Below are positions 1 through 10,167 of a stretch of 64,000 nt of DNA, in pieces (position 1 is the first letter of the stretch; every line of letters starts with the position of its first letter). Source of the stretch: Alphaproteobacteria bacterium. Its GTDB lineage: Bacteria; Pseudomonadota; Alphaproteobacteria; UBA8366. A model generated the notes under the pieces. It was given only the letters and a program-made list of their open reading frames with translations, was not told where the DNA came from and ran no database searches. Location of the stretch: NCBI GenBank assembly GCA_965228975.1, contig OZ245851.1, positions 4,405,953 to 4,469,952 of the forward strand, given 5' to 3'. The position numbers were made by a program, and so were the translations under genes.

Positions 1-335
1 ACGGCGCCAACCGGGTGCAGGCCGCGATCGGGCGAATGGGACTCTTGGCGCTGGCCGATGTCGCGGGCCGGTTCCTCTCCGCCGGGGAAAAACGTCGGCT
101 TGCCCTTGCGCGGCTGCTGGTGCGCGACGCGCCGCTTTGGCTGCTGGACGAACCGACGGTCGGCCTCGATAGCGGGGCGCTGGACATCTTCGAATCGCTG
201 CTGGCCGATCATTGCGCCAGCGGCGGCATGGTCGCGGTGTCGACCCATACGCCGATCCGCGTGGAGCCGGCCCAGGAGATGCAACTCGGCGATTTCGCCG
301 TCGCCCGGATGGATCTGGAAACGACAGTCACATGA
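1..335 (+). CDS. ccmA: Heme exporter ATP-binding subunit CcmA, C-terminal part (5' end outside the window)
   Basis: Translation shows ABC signature LSAGEKRR and Walker B LWLLDEP. Stop overlaps the next start (ATGA at 332-335). Followed by ccmB to ccmI. Confidence 0.85.
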   Translation, partial: GANRVQAAIGRMGLLALADVAGRFLSAGEKRRLALARLLVRDAPLWLLDEPTVGLDSGALDIFESLLADHCASGGMVAVSTHTPIRVEPAQEMQLGDFAVARMDLETTVT

Positions 336-1000
336 TCGCCGCCTTCCGTCACATGATGCTGCGTGACTTGCGGCTGGCCCTGCGCCAGGGCGTGGATGCC
401 GCGATGGCGGTCGCCTTCTTCGTCATCGCAGGCACGCTGTTCCCGCTGGGCGTGGGTCCGGAACCGAACATGCTGGCGCGGATCGCGGCGGGCGTCATAT
501 GGGTCACCGCCTTGCTGGCGGTGCTGCTGTCGCTCGACCGGCTGTTCCAGCAGGATTACGAGGACGGGTCGTTGGAACAATTGGTGCTCGCCCCGGTGCC
601 GCTGGAAATCCTGGTGCTGGCCAAGATCAGCGCCCATTGGGTCATCACCGGCGTGTTGCTGATCGCCGCCTCGCCGCTGCTCGCGATCTTCCTGAACATG
701 CCGGCCGCGGCCTATCCGGTGTTGCTGCTCGCGATGGCCTTGGGCACGCCCAGTCTCAGCCTGATCGGCGCGATCGGTGCCGCCCTCAGCTTGGGCGCAC
801 GGCGCGGTGGCGTGCTGATGGCCGTACTGGTCTTGCCGCTCTACATTCCGGTGCTGATCTTCGGCGTCGGCGCCGCGGACGCCGCCGTGACGGGATTGAG
901 CCCGCAACCGCATCTGCTTCTGCTCGGCGCGATCCTCGCCGCCGCCATCCCCCTGGCCCCCTGGGCCGCCGCCGCCGCCCTGCGCCAAGCCACCGAATAG
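332..1000 (+). CDS. ccmB: Heme exporter membrane subunit CcmB
   Basis: Internal ATG at 332 of ORF 212..1000 (MIAAFRHMMLRDLRLALRQG...). Polytopic hydrophobic protein of about 220 aa, directly coupled to ccmA. Confidence 0.85.
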   Translation: MIAAFRHMMLRDLRLALRQGVDAAMAVAFFVIAGTLFPLGVGPEPNMLARIAAGVIWVTALLAVLLSLDRLFQQDYEDGSLEQLVLAPVPLEILVLAKISAHWVITGVLLIAASPLLAIFLNMPAAAYPVLLLAMALGTPSLSLIGAIGAALSLGARRGGVLMAVLVLPLYIPVLIFGVGAADAAVTGLSPQPHLLLLGAILAAAIPLAPWAAAAALRQATE

Positions 1001-1161
1001 GCCGCGATCCGACTGGACCGGCTGCCCGAATTGAATTGGCCCTTACCTTCCGACCGTCCGCCGTAGATATAACTTGCGAAATGCAATCGAGGCGGCGCTT
1101 GCCGCCGCTTGGCATTTCGGCGCAGTATCGCCGTCACCTACGCTGATCGAGACCCAACCGT

Positions 1162-2370
1162 ATGACACAAACAACTTCGCACGGCTGGCGCACGCCGACC
1201 CTGATTTTCCTGTCAGGCTGCCTGTTGCTGTTCCTGTCCTTCGGTACCCGTCAGGGCTTCGGTCTGTTCCTGCAACCGATCAGCGCCGAGTTCGGCTGGG
1301 GTCGCGAGGTCTTCGCCCTGGCCATCGCGATCCAGAACCTGATCGTCGGGGCCGCACAACCCTTTACCAGCGCGGTCGCCGACCGCTACGGCACGGGGCG
1401 GATGGTGGCCATCGGCGGGCTGCTGTACGCCAGCGGGCTGTTCATGATGGCGAATGCCTCGACGCCCTTCGACGCCTATCTCAGCATGGGCGTCCTGGTC
1501 GGCCTCGGCCTCAGCGGAACCAGCTTCGCCATCGTCTTCTCGGCGATTGCCCGGGTCGTCCCGGACGAAAGACGCACTTTCGCCCTGGGCGCGGTCAGCT
1601 CGATCGGCTCGCTCGGCACGTTCACCATGGTACCGCTCGGCCAGGCCTTTCTCGACGCGTATGGCTGGATAACGGTTTTGACGATGCTCTGTTTCGTCAT
1701 TCTGTTGACCGTGCCGGTCGGCTTCGTGCTGAAGGGCAAGCCCAAGGTGCACGCGAGCAAGCAGAGCCTCCGCGAAGCACTGCGCGAGGCACGGGGCCAC
1801 CGGGGATACCGGCTGCTGGTGGCCGGCTTCTTCGTGTGCGGGTTCCACGTCGCCTATATCGCCACGCATTTGCCGTCCTACATCGTCGACCGGGGCCTCT
1901 CCGCCGAGCTTGGCGCCTGGACCCTCGGACTGGTCGGTCTGTTCAACGTCGTCGGCGCGTTGGGCGGCGGATTCCTCGGCGACAAGATCAGCAAACGGTA
2001 CCTGTTGAGCGCCCTCTACTTCGGCCGCGCGGTGCTCTTCACCGTGTTCGTGCTCACCCCGCTGACGGAAACCACCGTGCTGCTGTTCGGCGTCATCATG
2101 GGCTTGCTATGGCTCAGCACCGTGCCGGTGACGTCGGCGTTGGTCGCGCAAATCTTCGGTCCGCAATACATGGCCACGCTGTTCGGGATCGTCTTCTTCA
2201 GCCATCAAATCGGCGGCTTCCTGGGCGCTTGGCTCGGCGGCTACCTCTTCGATACGACCGGTTCCTACGACTTGGTCTGGTGGATTTCGGTCGCCTTAGG
2301 CCTCGCATCGGCCGCTCTGCACCTGCCGATCGACGAGAAACCGGTGTCGAGGCTTGCCACCGCCGAGTAA
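1162..2370 (+). CDS. MFS transporter inserted between ccmB and ccmC
   Basis: 402 aa, about 12 hydrophobic segments, with an MFS-like loop motif (ADRYGTGRM). Confidence 0.75.
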   Translation: MTQTTSHGWRTPTLIFLSGCLLLFLSFGTRQGFGLFLQPISAEFGWGREVFALAIAIQNLIVGAAQPFTSAVADRYGTGRMVAIGGLLYASGLFMMANASTPFDAYLSMGVLVGLGLSGTSFAIVFSAIARVVPDERRTFALGAVSSIGSLGTFTMVPLGQAFLDAYGWITVLTMLCFVILLTVPVGFVLKGKPKVHASKQSLREALREARGHRGYRLLVAGFFVCGFHVAYIATHLPSYIVDRGLSAELGAWTLGLVGLFNVVGALGGGFLGDKISKRYLLSALYFGRAVLFTVFVLTPLTETTVLLFGVIMGLLWLSTVPVTSALVAQIFGPQYMATLFGIVFFSHQIGGFLGAWLGGYLFDTTGSYDLVWWISVALGLASAALHLPIDEKPVSRLATAE

Positions 2371-2427
2371 CACTCGCGCGAGCGCGACAAAATTTCACCG
2401 GAAATCGATGCAAAAAGTCCTTATATA

Positions 2428-3156
2428 GTGGGCATCATGCATCGATTCGCGAATCCGACCCGATTTCTCAGGATCGCCAACGCCGTCCTTCCATGGACCG
2501 GCGGGCTGACCGTCCTGTTGCTTGGCGCCGGACTCTATCTGGCCTTATTGAATTCGCCGCCCGACTATCAGCAGGGCGAGACGGTGCGCATCATGTATGT
2601 TCATGTGCCGTCGGCTTGGATGGCGCTGTTCGCCTATCTCACCATGGCGGTGGCGAGTGCCGTGGCGCTGATCTGGCGGCATCCGCTGGCCGACCTGACG
2701 GCGAAGGCCGCGGCCCCGATCGGCGCGGGCTTCACGGTCATCTGCCTCGCCACGGGCTCGCTTTGGGGCAAGCCCATGTGGGGAACCTGGTGGGTTTGGG
2801 ATGCACGCCTCACCTCCATGCTGATCCTGCTGTTCCTGTATCTCGGCTATATCGCGCTGGTGAATGCGTTCGACGACCCGAACCGCGGTTACCGCGCCGC
2901 CGGGATCCTGGCGCTGGTCGGCGTGGTAAACCTGCCGATCATCAAGTTCTCGGTCGATTGGTGGAATACGCTGCACCAACCCGCCAGCGTGATCCGGTTC
3001 GACGGCCCGGCGATCCATCCCGACATCCTATTGCCGTTGCTCGTCATGGCCGCCGCGTTCAAGTTCTTCTTTGCCACCGTCCTCATCCTCCGGATCCGCA
3101 GCGAGATCGCCGCCGCGAAGATCCGGAACCTGCAGCTCAGCCTGGCGCGGGGATAG
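2428..3156 (+). CDS. ccmC: Heme exporter protein CcmC
   Basis: Tryptophan-rich WWD motif WGKPMWGTWWVWDARLTS. 242 aa membrane protein in ccm context. Confidence 0.9.
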   Translation: MGIMHRFANPTRFLRIANAVLPWTGGLTVLLLGAGLYLALLNSPPDYQQGETVRIMYVHVPSAWMALFAYLTMAVASAVALIWRHPLADLTAKAAAPIGAGFTVICLATGSLWGKPMWGTWWVWDARLTSMLILLFLYLGYIALVNAFDDPNRGYRAAGILALVGVVNLPIIKFSVDWWNTLHQPASVIRFDGPAIHPDILLPLLVMAAAFKFFFATVLILRIRSEIAAAKIRNLQLSLARG

Positions 3157-3163
3157 CTCCACC

Positions 3164-3340
3164 ATGGAAAAGTATTTCAGCATGGGCGGACACGGCGCCT
3201 ATATCTGGCCGTCCTACCTGATCGCGGCAGTGGTCCTGATCGCACTGCTGGTGACGTCGCTCCGCGCGGTACGTACGCGGGAGGCACAACTCAAGACGCT
3301 GCGGCAGGCGCGACGCCGCGGCACGGGAGAGTCGGAATGA
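3164..3340 (+). CDS. ccmD: Heme exporter protein CcmD (small single-TM protein)
   Basis: Internal ATG at 3164 of ORF 3071..3340 ([30 protein letters not shown]...). Stop overlaps the ccmE start (ATGA). Exact start is uncertain; 3182 is also possible. Confidence 0.7.
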   Translation: MEKYFSMGGHGAYIWPSYLIAAVVLIALLVTSLRAVRTREAQLKTLRQARRRGTGESE

Positions 3341-3786
3341 CTCGAAAACGGCGGCGGCTCTATGCCGTGATCAGCGGATTGACGATGTTGGGGGTCGCGG
3401 CGGCGTTGGTGTTGTTCGCGCTGAAGGACAATCTGGTGTTCTTCCATAGCCCGAGCGATGTCGTCGAGAAATCGGTCACGGCCGGGCAACGTATCCGGTT
3501 GGGCGGTCTGGTCGAAGAAGGCAGCGTGGAACGCGGCAGCGACACCATCCGTTTCAGGATCACCGACATGAAAACCACCATCCCGGTGCGCTACGCCGGC
3601 ATCGTCCCCGACCTTTTCCGTGAAGGACAAGGCGTCGTCGCCGAAGGGTCGCTCGACGCCAACGGTCAGTTCATCGCCAGCGAGGTCCTCGCCAAGCATG
3701 ACGAACAATACATGCCGCCCGAGGTCGCCGATGCGCTGAAACGCGCCGGTCATTGGAAGGAAAACGAGGGAGCGACGAAAAAATGA
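3337..3786 (+). CDS. ccmE: Cytochrome c-type biogenesis heme chaperone CcmE
   Basis: N-terminal membrane anchor and a heme-binding histidine motif ([13 protein letters not shown]). Confidence 0.9.
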   Translation: MTRKRRRLYAVISGLTMLGVAAALVLFALKDNLVFFHSPSDVVEKSVTAGQRIRLGGLVEEGSVERGSDTIRFRITDMKTTIPVRYAGIVPDLFREGQGVVAEGSLDANGQFIASEVLAKHDEQYMPPEVADALKRAGHWKENEGATKK

Positions 3787-5774
3787 TCGCCGAACTCGGT
3801 CACTTCGCGCTGATCCTGTCGCTTTGCGTCGCGGTGGCGCAATCGACGCTGCCGCTCGTCGGGGCGGCCCGCAACCATGGCGGATGGATGGCGCTCGGCA
3901 ACGCGGCCGCCATCCTGCAGTTCGTGCTGGTCGCCTTCGCCTTCACCGCGTTGATGCACGCATTCATCGTCAGCGATTTCTCGCTCCGGGTCGTCGCGTC
4001 GAACTCGCACTCGCTGAAACCGATGCTCTACAAGATTTCCGGCGTGTGGGGAAACCATGAGGGCTCGATGCTGTTGTGGGTGCTCATCCTTGCCCTATTC
4101 GGCGCTTTGATCGCCGGATTCGGCAAGAATTTGCCGCCGCCGCTCCGCGCGCGCGTGCTGGCGGTTCAGGCGATGATCGCGGTCGGGTTCCTTCTATTCA
4201 TGCTGATCACGTCGAACCCGTTCGAGCGGCTGTTCCCGCCGCCGGCGAATGGCAACGACCTGAACCCGCTGCTGCAGGACCCGGGTCTCGCCTTCCATCC
4301 GCCGATTCTCTATGTCGGCTATGTCGGTTTCTCGATCGCCTTTTCCTTCGCCGTCGCGGCCTTGATCGAAGGCCGCGTCGACGCTGCCTGGGCGCGGTGG
4401 GTCCGGCCATGGACGCTATTGGCGTGGGCCTTCCTGACCGGCGGCATCGCGCTCGGCAGTTGGTGGGCCTACTACGAACTCGGCTGGGGCGGCTTTTGGT
4501 ACTGGGACCCGGTGGAGAATGCGTCCTTCATGCCATGGCTTGTCGGCACCGCATTGCTGCATTCCGCCATCGTGGTGGAACGGCGCGACGCGTTGAAGAC
4601 GTGGACCATCCTGCTCGCGATCCTCACTTTTTCGCTCAGCCTGATCGGTACCTTCCTGGTGCGGTCGGGCGTGCTGACGTCGGTCCATGCCTTCGCCGTC
4701 GACCCGGACCGCGGCGTCTTCATCCTGCTCCTGCTGATCATCAGCATCGGCGGCAGCCTTGCGCTCTACGCGTGGCGCGCGCCGGCGCTCAAGGGCGGCG
4801 GCCTGTTCGCGCCGATCAGCCGCGAGGGCGCGTTGCTGCTCAATAACCTTTTGCTGACAACAGCCGCGGCGACCGTGTTCATCGGCACGCTCTACCCACT
4901 GCTGCTGGAAGCGGTCGGCGGCGGCAAGGTATCGGTCGGACCGCCCTTCTTCAACGCCACCTTCGTACCGTTGATGGTGCCGTTGATCGCCGCTTTGGCG
5001 GTCGGCCCGCTGTTGGCGTGGAAGCGCGGCGACATCATGGGGGCGTTGGCGCGGCTCAAGGTCGCCGGCGCGATCACCGCCGTGGGACTCGTGCTGTGTG
5101 GGGCGCTGGCTTGGGGCCGCCCGATCCTGGGCACCATCGCCATGGGCTTCGCGATCTGGCTCGCCGCCGGTGTCGTCACCGAGGTCGCCGAGCGCATCCG
5201 CCTTGGCCACATCCCGCTGCGGCAAAGCCTGTCGCGCGCGACCGGGCTTCCGCGCAGCGCCTGGGGCATGGCGCTGGCTCATATCGGCATCGCGGGCATC
5301 ATCGCGGGCGCCGCGGGCGCGTCGGTGTGGAAAGAGGAAGTCATCCGCGTGATGCAGCCCAATGAAACGGTGGAAATCGGCGGCTATGCGCTGACTTTCG
5401 ACGGCACGCAAGATATGCGCGGCCCGAATTACCTGACGCGGAAAGGGTTGTTCTCGGTCAGCAAGGACGGCAAGCCGCTGTTGAAAATGTACGCCGAACG
5501 GCGGAACTACTTGGTCGGCGGGCAGCAGACCACCGAAGCGGCGATCCACAGCACGCTTGCCGGCGACCTCTACGCGGTGATCGGCGACAGCGACGGCAAA
5601 GGCGGTCAGACGGTGAATGTCTACTACAAGCCGCTGGTGCCGTGGATGTGGATCGGCAGCACGCTGATGGTTTTGGGCGGGTTCGTCTCGCTCAGCGACC
5701 GGCGGCTCCGCATCGGCGCGCCGTCGCGGAAGCGCAAGAAACCCATGCCGGCGCAGCCGGCGCCGGCGGAATGA
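3783..5774 (+). CDS. ccmF: Cytochrome c heme lyase subunit CcmF
   Basis: WWD motif [19 protein letters not shown]. Large polytopic protein. Start taken at ATG 3783 ([10 protein letters not shown]), overlapping the ccmE stop. Confidence 0.9.
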   Translation: MIAELGHFALILSLCVAVAQSTLPLVGAARNHGGWMALGNAAAILQFVLVAFAFTALMHAFIVSDFSLRVVASNSHSLKPMLYKISGVWGNHEGSMLLWVLILALFGALIAGFGKNLPPPLRARVLAVQAMIAVGFLLFMLITSNPFERLFPPPANGNDLNPLLQDPGLAFHPPILYVGYVGFSIAFSFAVAALIEGRVDAAWARWVRPWTLLAWAFLTGGIALGSWWAYYELGWGGFWYWDPVENASFMPWLVGTALLHSAIVVERRDALKTWTILLAILTFSLSLIGTFLVRSGVLTSVHAFAVDPDRGVFILLLLIISIGGSLALYAWRAPALKGGGLFAPISREGALLLNNLLLTTAAATVFIGTLYPLLLEAVGGGKVSVGPPFFNATFVPLMVPLIAALAVGPLLAWKRGDIMGALARLKVAGAITAVGLVLCGALAWGRPILGTIAMGFAIWLAAGVVTEVAERIRLGHIPLRQSLSRATGLPRSAWGMALAHIGIAGIIAGAAGASVWKEEVIRVMQPNETVEIGGYALTFDGTQDMRGPNYLTRKGLFSVSKDGKPLLKMYAERRNYLVGGQQTTEAAIHSTLAGDLYAVIGDSDGKGGQTVNVYYKPLVPWMWIGSTLMVLGGFVSLSDRRLRIGAPSRKRKKPMPAQPAPAE

Positions 5775-5781
5775 GCGTCCG

Positions 5782-6321
5782 GTGGTGAAACGTCTTCTCT
5801 TCATCATCCCGCTGGTCCTGTTCCTGGGAATTGCCGGATATCTCGGTTACGGACTGACGCGGGATTCCCGGATCCTGCCGTCGACGTTGATCGACAAGCC
5901 GGCGCCGACCTTCTCACTGGAGGCGTTGATCCCCGGCGGCAACGGGCTCAAGACCGAAGACCTTAAGGGCAAGGTGGCGCTGGTGAACGTCTTTGCCTCC
6001 TGGTGCGTGCCCTGCCGGGCCGAGCATCCGATCTGGGTGCGCGTGGCCAAGCAGGAGAAGATCCCGATCTACGGTATCAACTGGAAAGACAAGCGCCCGG
6101 ACGCGATCGCCTGGCTGGACGAACTCGGCAACCCCTATCAACGGATCGGGTTCGACCCGGACCACAAGGGGGGCGTCGAATGGGGCGTCTACGGCGCGCC
6201 CGAGACCTATGTCATCGACCGGGAAGGCCGGGTTCGGTACAAGCATGTCGGCCCGGTATTTTCCGAGACCTTGAACGACACGATCCTGCCTCTGGTGCGA
6301 AAGCTGCAGGAAGACGGATGA
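5782..6321 (+). CDS. ccmG: Thiol:disulfide oxidoreductase CcmG/DsbE
   Basis: Thioredoxin fold with WCVPCRAE active site. N-terminal anchor, GTG start. Confidence 0.9.
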   Translation: MVKRLLFIIPLVLFLGIAGYLGYGLTRDSRILPSTLIDKPAPTFSLEALIPGGNGLKTEDLKGKVALVNVFASWCVPCRAEHPIWVRVAKQEKIPIYGINWKDKRPDAIAWLDELGNPYQRIGFDPDHKGGVEWGVYGAPETYVIDREGRVRYKHVGPVFSETLNDTILPLVRKLQEDG

Positions 6322-6839
6322 TGCGCCAAGCTCTAACCGTTACGCTACTGATGTCCCTATTGGTCCTGGGCGGGCCGGGACTGGCGGTGCAGCCGGACGA
6401 AGTTCTGCCGGACCCGGCACAGGAAGCCCGGGCACGCGCCCTTTCCGCCGAAATCCGCTGCCTCGTCTGCCAGAATCAATCGATCGACGATTCCGACGCG
6501 ACCCTTGCCCGCGACCTGCGGCTGCTCGTGCGCGAGCAGATCAAGGAGGGTAAGTCCGATCAGGGTATCCGCGATTTCCTGGTCGAACGATACGGCGATT
6601 TCGTGTTGTTGAAACCGCCGATGAGAGCCAGCACCTGGCTGTTATGGTACGGCCCGCTGATCGTCTTCGCCATCGGTGTGATCGGACTGTTCGTATTCTT
6701 CCGGACGCGTTCGGGTGGCGATACCGCCGCCGCGCCGACCTTGAGCGCCGAGGAGCAGGCGCGCGTCGAACGGCTGCTCGACGACTTGGATCCGGCGCCG
6801 GACGATGACGGCGAATCCGGAAGGGGCGACAAGGCATGA
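6318..6839 (+). CDS. ccmH: Cytochrome c-type biogenesis protein CcmH (CcmL)
   Basis: Internal ATG at 6318 of ORF 6003..6839, forming an ATGA overlap with ccmG. Signal peptide plus IRCLVCQNQSIDDSDA motif. Confidence 0.85.
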   Translation: MMRQALTVTLLMSLLVLGGPGLAVQPDEVLPDPAQEARARALSAEIRCLVCQNQSIDDSDATLARDLRLLVREQIKEGKSDQGIRDFLVERYGDFVLLKPPMRASTWLLWYGPLIVFAIGVIGLFVFFRTRSGGDTAAAPTLSAEEQARVERLLDDLDPAPDDDGESGRGDKA

Positions 6840-8215
6840 CCTTCTGGATCGTCGCCGTCCTGATGATGCTGGCCGTCGCCGCCGCCTTGCTGATTCCGGC
6901 CTTGCGGCGCGGCGGCGATGACGCGGAAGCGGCCGAATTCGATCTCGAGGTTTACCGCAACCAGCTCGAACAACTCGAGTCGGACAAAGCGGCGGGACTG
7001 ATCGGCAAGGCCGAAGCCGATGCCGCCCGCGCCGAAATCTCCCGGCGCATGCTCGACGCCGACGCCCGCCGCGGGTCGGCGTCGGGCAAACGACCGATGC
7101 CGGCAGGCCGCTGGATCGCCGGGGCCACGGCCGCCGTCGTCCCGCTGGTCGCGCTAATCCTCTATGCCGACTGGGGCGCGCCGGGCATTCCCGGCCATCC
7201 GTTCGCCGAACGCAGCCAAGAGGCCAACCAGCGGACGGCGGATTTGCGGGCGCGGGTCGCCAAGCTGCGCGAGAACCTGCAGCAGAATCCGGAAAATCTC
7301 GAAGGATGGGTGCTGCTGGCGACGAGCCTCTCGGCGCTTCGCGATTACGACAATGCCAGCAAGGCCTACGAAACGGCGCTGGGTCTCGATGCCGGAAACG
7401 CCGGGATGGTGGCGGCCTATGGCGAAACGCTGGTCATGGCCAACGATGGCGTGGTCACGCCGGCGGCGCGGGCGGCCTTCGAATCCGCGCTGGAGAAATC
7501 GGCCAGCGAGCCGCGCGCCCGCTTTTACTTGGCCATCGCCGAGGAGCAGGCGGGCAACAATCGGGCCGCGCTGGATCGCTGGCTTGCTCTGTTGAAAGAC
7601 TCTCCGCCAACCGCGCCTTGGACCAAGATCGTCCGGCAGCGCGCAATCAACGCCGCCCAGGCGGCGGGAATCGAGCCGGACAGCATCGTGCCGCCGCCAG
7701 CCGCCGCAGCCGCGAAACCGCCGGGACCAAGTGCGGGCGATGTGGCCGCCGCGCAATCGATGTCGCCCGAGGACCGTGCGGCGATGATCGAAGGCATGGT
7801 AACGAAGTTGGCGGACCGGCTGAAGAACGAGCCCGACGACCTGGAAGGATGGATGCGGCTTGGGCGTGCCTATACCGTGCTGAACCGTCCGGCCGACGCG
7901 AAGGTCGCCATGGCCAACGCCGCACGGCTCGCCCCGGACAATGTCGATATCCTACTTCTGTATGCCCGCACGCTGCGGAGCGCGGCCGACAACAAACAGA
8001 CCCCGGAATCGGTCGCCGTGATGCGCAAGGTGCTGGCGCTCGACGCGAAGAATATCGAAGGGCTCTGGCTCGTCGGCCGCGCCGAGATCGCCAGCGGCAA
8101 AACCGAGGAAGGCCGGGCCAAGATGCAGCAAGCGGTGGATGCCCTGCCGGCCGAATCGCCCGACCGCGCCAAGCTGCAACAGCATCTCGACGAGCTGACG
8201 AAGCCGAAGAAATAA
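6836..8215 (+). CDS. ccmI: Cytochrome c-type biogenesis protein CcmI/CycH (TPR protein)
   Basis: N-terminal TM segments followed by TPR-like repeats (LEGWVLLATSL..., LEGWMRLGRAY...). ATGA overlap with ccmH. Confidence 0.8.
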   Translation: MTFWIVAVLMMLAVAAALLIPALRRGGDDAEAAEFDLEVYRNQLEQLESDKAAGLIGKAEADAARAEISRRMLDADARRGSASGKRPMPAGRWIAGATAAVVPLVALILYADWGAPGIPGHPFAERSQEANQRTADLRARVAKLRENLQQNPENLEGWVLLATSLSALRDYDNASKAYETALGLDAGNAGMVAAYGETLVMANDGVVTPAARAAFESALEKSASEPRARFYLAIAEEQAGNNRAALDRWLALLKDSPPTAPWTKIVRQRAINAAQAAGIEPDSIVPPPAAAAAKPPGPSAGDVAAAQSMSPEDRAAMIEGMVTKLADRLKNEPDDLEGWMRLGRAYTVLNRPADAKVAMANAARLAPDNVDILLLYARTLRSAADNKQTPESVAVMRKVLALDAKNIEGLWLVGRAEIASGKTEEGRAKMQQAVDALPAESPDRAKLQQHLDELTKPKK

Positions 8216-8221
8216 GCCGGA

Positions 8222-9220
8222 TCAGTCTGCCGCTTCCATTGAAAAACGCTGGCGGTAGCGGCCGGGCGCAACGCCCAGGCGATTCACGAAGGCGCGGCGC
8301 ATGCGCTCCTCCTCACCGAACCCGCAACGCAGCGCGACCTGGCCCACCGGCAGGGCGGTTTCCTCCAGCAGACGCCGCGCCGCCTCGACCCGCAACGCCG
8401 TGACCACCTTGGCCGGCGTCATGCCGGTGCGGTCCCGATAGAGCCGCGCAAAGGTCCGGGGGCTCATGCCGGCGCGCTCGGCGAGCCGTTCGACCCGAAG
8501 GTCCGCCGATAGGTTGTCCGCCATCCAGGCATGCAGGTCGGCAAAATCCCCGGTGTCGGAAAGCTGGGCGGCGAGGATCGAGCTGAACTGCGCCTGCCCG
8601 CCGGGCCGTTTCATGAACACGACCAGCCGCTGCGCGGTCTGTAACGCCAGTCGCCGGCCCAAATCGGCCTCGACCAGGGCCAACGACAAATCGATGCCCG
8701 CGGTCACGCCGGCCGACGTCCAGACGCCGCCGTCCTCGATGAAGATCGGATCGCGGTCGACCCGGATGTCCGGATACCGCGACGCCAGCCTTTCGCAATA
8801 GGCCCAGTGTGTGGCCGCGCGCTTGCCCGCCAGAACGCCCGCCGCCGCGAGCAGGAATGCCCCGGTACAGACCGAGCAGGCGCGCCGCGCGGCCGCGGCC
8901 CGGGTGCGCAGCCAATCAACCGTTGCGGCATCCCCGGCGGCCGCGTGCACGCCGTGCCCACCGGACGCGATCACCGTGTCGAAGGTCCGCCCCGCCGCGT
9001 CGTCGAAGGAAACCGAAGACAGCCCGACACCCGACGAGGTGACGAGTTCGCGGCCGTCGCGGGACACGACCGTCACACGATAAGCCGGAGCCCCTCGCCC
9101 CTCGACGAGTTCCGACGCCGAGGCGAAGACCTGGGCGGGACCCGCAATGTCGAGCAGTTGGGCATCGGGAAATCCCAGGATGGCGATGTCTTTTGTCGAT
9201 TCAGAATAGGTCATTTTCAA
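8222..9220 (-). CDS. GlxA-family transcriptional regulator (DJ-1/PfpI-like domain plus AraC HTH)
   Basis: N-terminal class-I amidotransferase-like domain (CSVCTGAFLLAAAG). C-terminal AraC-type HTH (SPRTFARLYRDRTGMTPAKVV..., GFGEEERMRRAF). Confidence 0.85.
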   Translation of the reverse strand: MKMTYSESTKDIAILGFPDAQLLDIAGPAQVFASASELVEGRGAPAYRVTVVSRDGRELVTSSGVGLSSVSFDDAAGRTFDTVIASGGHGVHAAAGDAATVDWLRTRAAAARRACSVCTGAFLLAAAGVLAGKRAATHWAYCERLASRYPDIRVDRDPIFIEDGGVWTSAGVTAGIDLSLALVEADLGRRLALQTAQRLVVFMKRPGGQAQFSSILAAQLSDTGDFADLHAWMADNLSADLRVERLAERAGMSPRTFARLYRDRTGMTPAKVVTALRVEAARRLLEETALPVGQVALRCGFGEEERMRRAFVNRLGVAPGRYRQRFSMEAAD

Positions 9221-9324
9221 ATGCTAAACGCTCGATTGGCGGGAATCGAGGATTATTTGTCATTCCTGCCAATCCCCGCGTCGGCTACGATATGCGCAAT
9301 CAATCGCAAAGAGGTATCGCCGCC

Positions 9325-10017
9325 ATGACCGATCGGATCTCCGTTGGACTTCTTCTGTTTCCGCGCCTGACCCAACTCGACCTGACGGGGCCGTTCGAGG
9401 TGTTCTCCCGGACGCCCGGCGTGACCGTGCATTTGAGCTGGAAATCGTTCGATCCGGTCACATCGGATAGCGGCATGTCCATCGTGCCGACGACGACCTT
9501 CGCCGATGCGCCGCCGCTCGACATCATCTGCGTGCCGGGCGGCCCGGGCGTCGCGGAAATGATGGAGGACGACGAAACCCTGGATTTCCTGCGCGGATGC
9601 GCCGAGCGGGCGACATACATCACCTCGGTCTGCACCGGGTCCCTCGTGCTCGGCGCGGCGGGTCTGTTGAAGGGCAAACGCGCCACCAGTCATTGGATGT
9701 CGCGCGACCTGCTGCCGCATTTCGGCGCCGAGGCGGTCGACGCCCGCATCGTGCGGGACGGCGACACGATCACCGGCGGCGGCGTCACGGCGGGAATCGA
9801 TTTCGCCTTGTCGATCGTCGAGGCATTGCGCGGCCGCACGGTGGCGGAGGAAACGCAGTTGGCCATCGAATACGACCCGGAACCCCCCTTCCAGTCCGGA
9901 TCGCCGCGCAGCGCGGACCCGGCCCTGGTCGCGGACGTGCGGCGGCGGGGCGCGGCACGGCAACAGGAGCGGCTGGAAATCGTGCAACGCGCGGCGGCGA
10001 AACTCGAGGCCGCATAA
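9325..10017 (+). CDS. DJ-1/PfpI family protein
   Basis: Internal ATG at 9325 (MTDRISVGLLLFPRLTQLDL...). Nucleophile elbow SVCTGS. Divergent from the GlxA regulator, which is the typical pairing. Confidence 0.8.
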   Translation: MTDRISVGLLLFPRLTQLDLTGPFEVFSRTPGVTVHLSWKSFDPVTSDSGMSIVPTTTFADAPPLDIICVPGGPGVAEMMEDDETLDFLRGCAERATYITSVCTGSLVLGAAGLLKGKRATSHWMSRDLLPHFGAEAVDARIVRDGDTITGGGVTAGIDFALSIVEALRGRTVAEETQLAIEYDPEPPFQSGSPRSADPALVADVRRRGAARQQERLEIVQRAAAKLEAA

Positions 10018-10167
10018 CACGGGACACTTGCAGACGTTCGGTGCCGGCACCGACAAACCGTACGTGCGTGCGCGGCCCGGTATAGCCGCCGCTTCCCGTT
10101 TGGCAGGACCGGGCGTCGCGCGGTAGGGTCGAACCGACGAGTTCCATTTCGGCAGACGCCTCCACCG

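Noticed and set aside
1074-3221. Very long ORFs overlapping or antisense to well-supported genes. Examples: 1074..3221 (+), 4416..5807 (-), 9253..10617 (-), 31897..33723 (-), 48339..49601 (+), 58975..60624 (-), 61269..62273 (+).
   Set aside because: Their translations are Arg/Pro/Gly/Ala-rich and low in complexity, with no motifs. They overlap genes with clear family signatures. Stop-codon scarcity in GC-rich DNA produces such shadow ORFs routinely.
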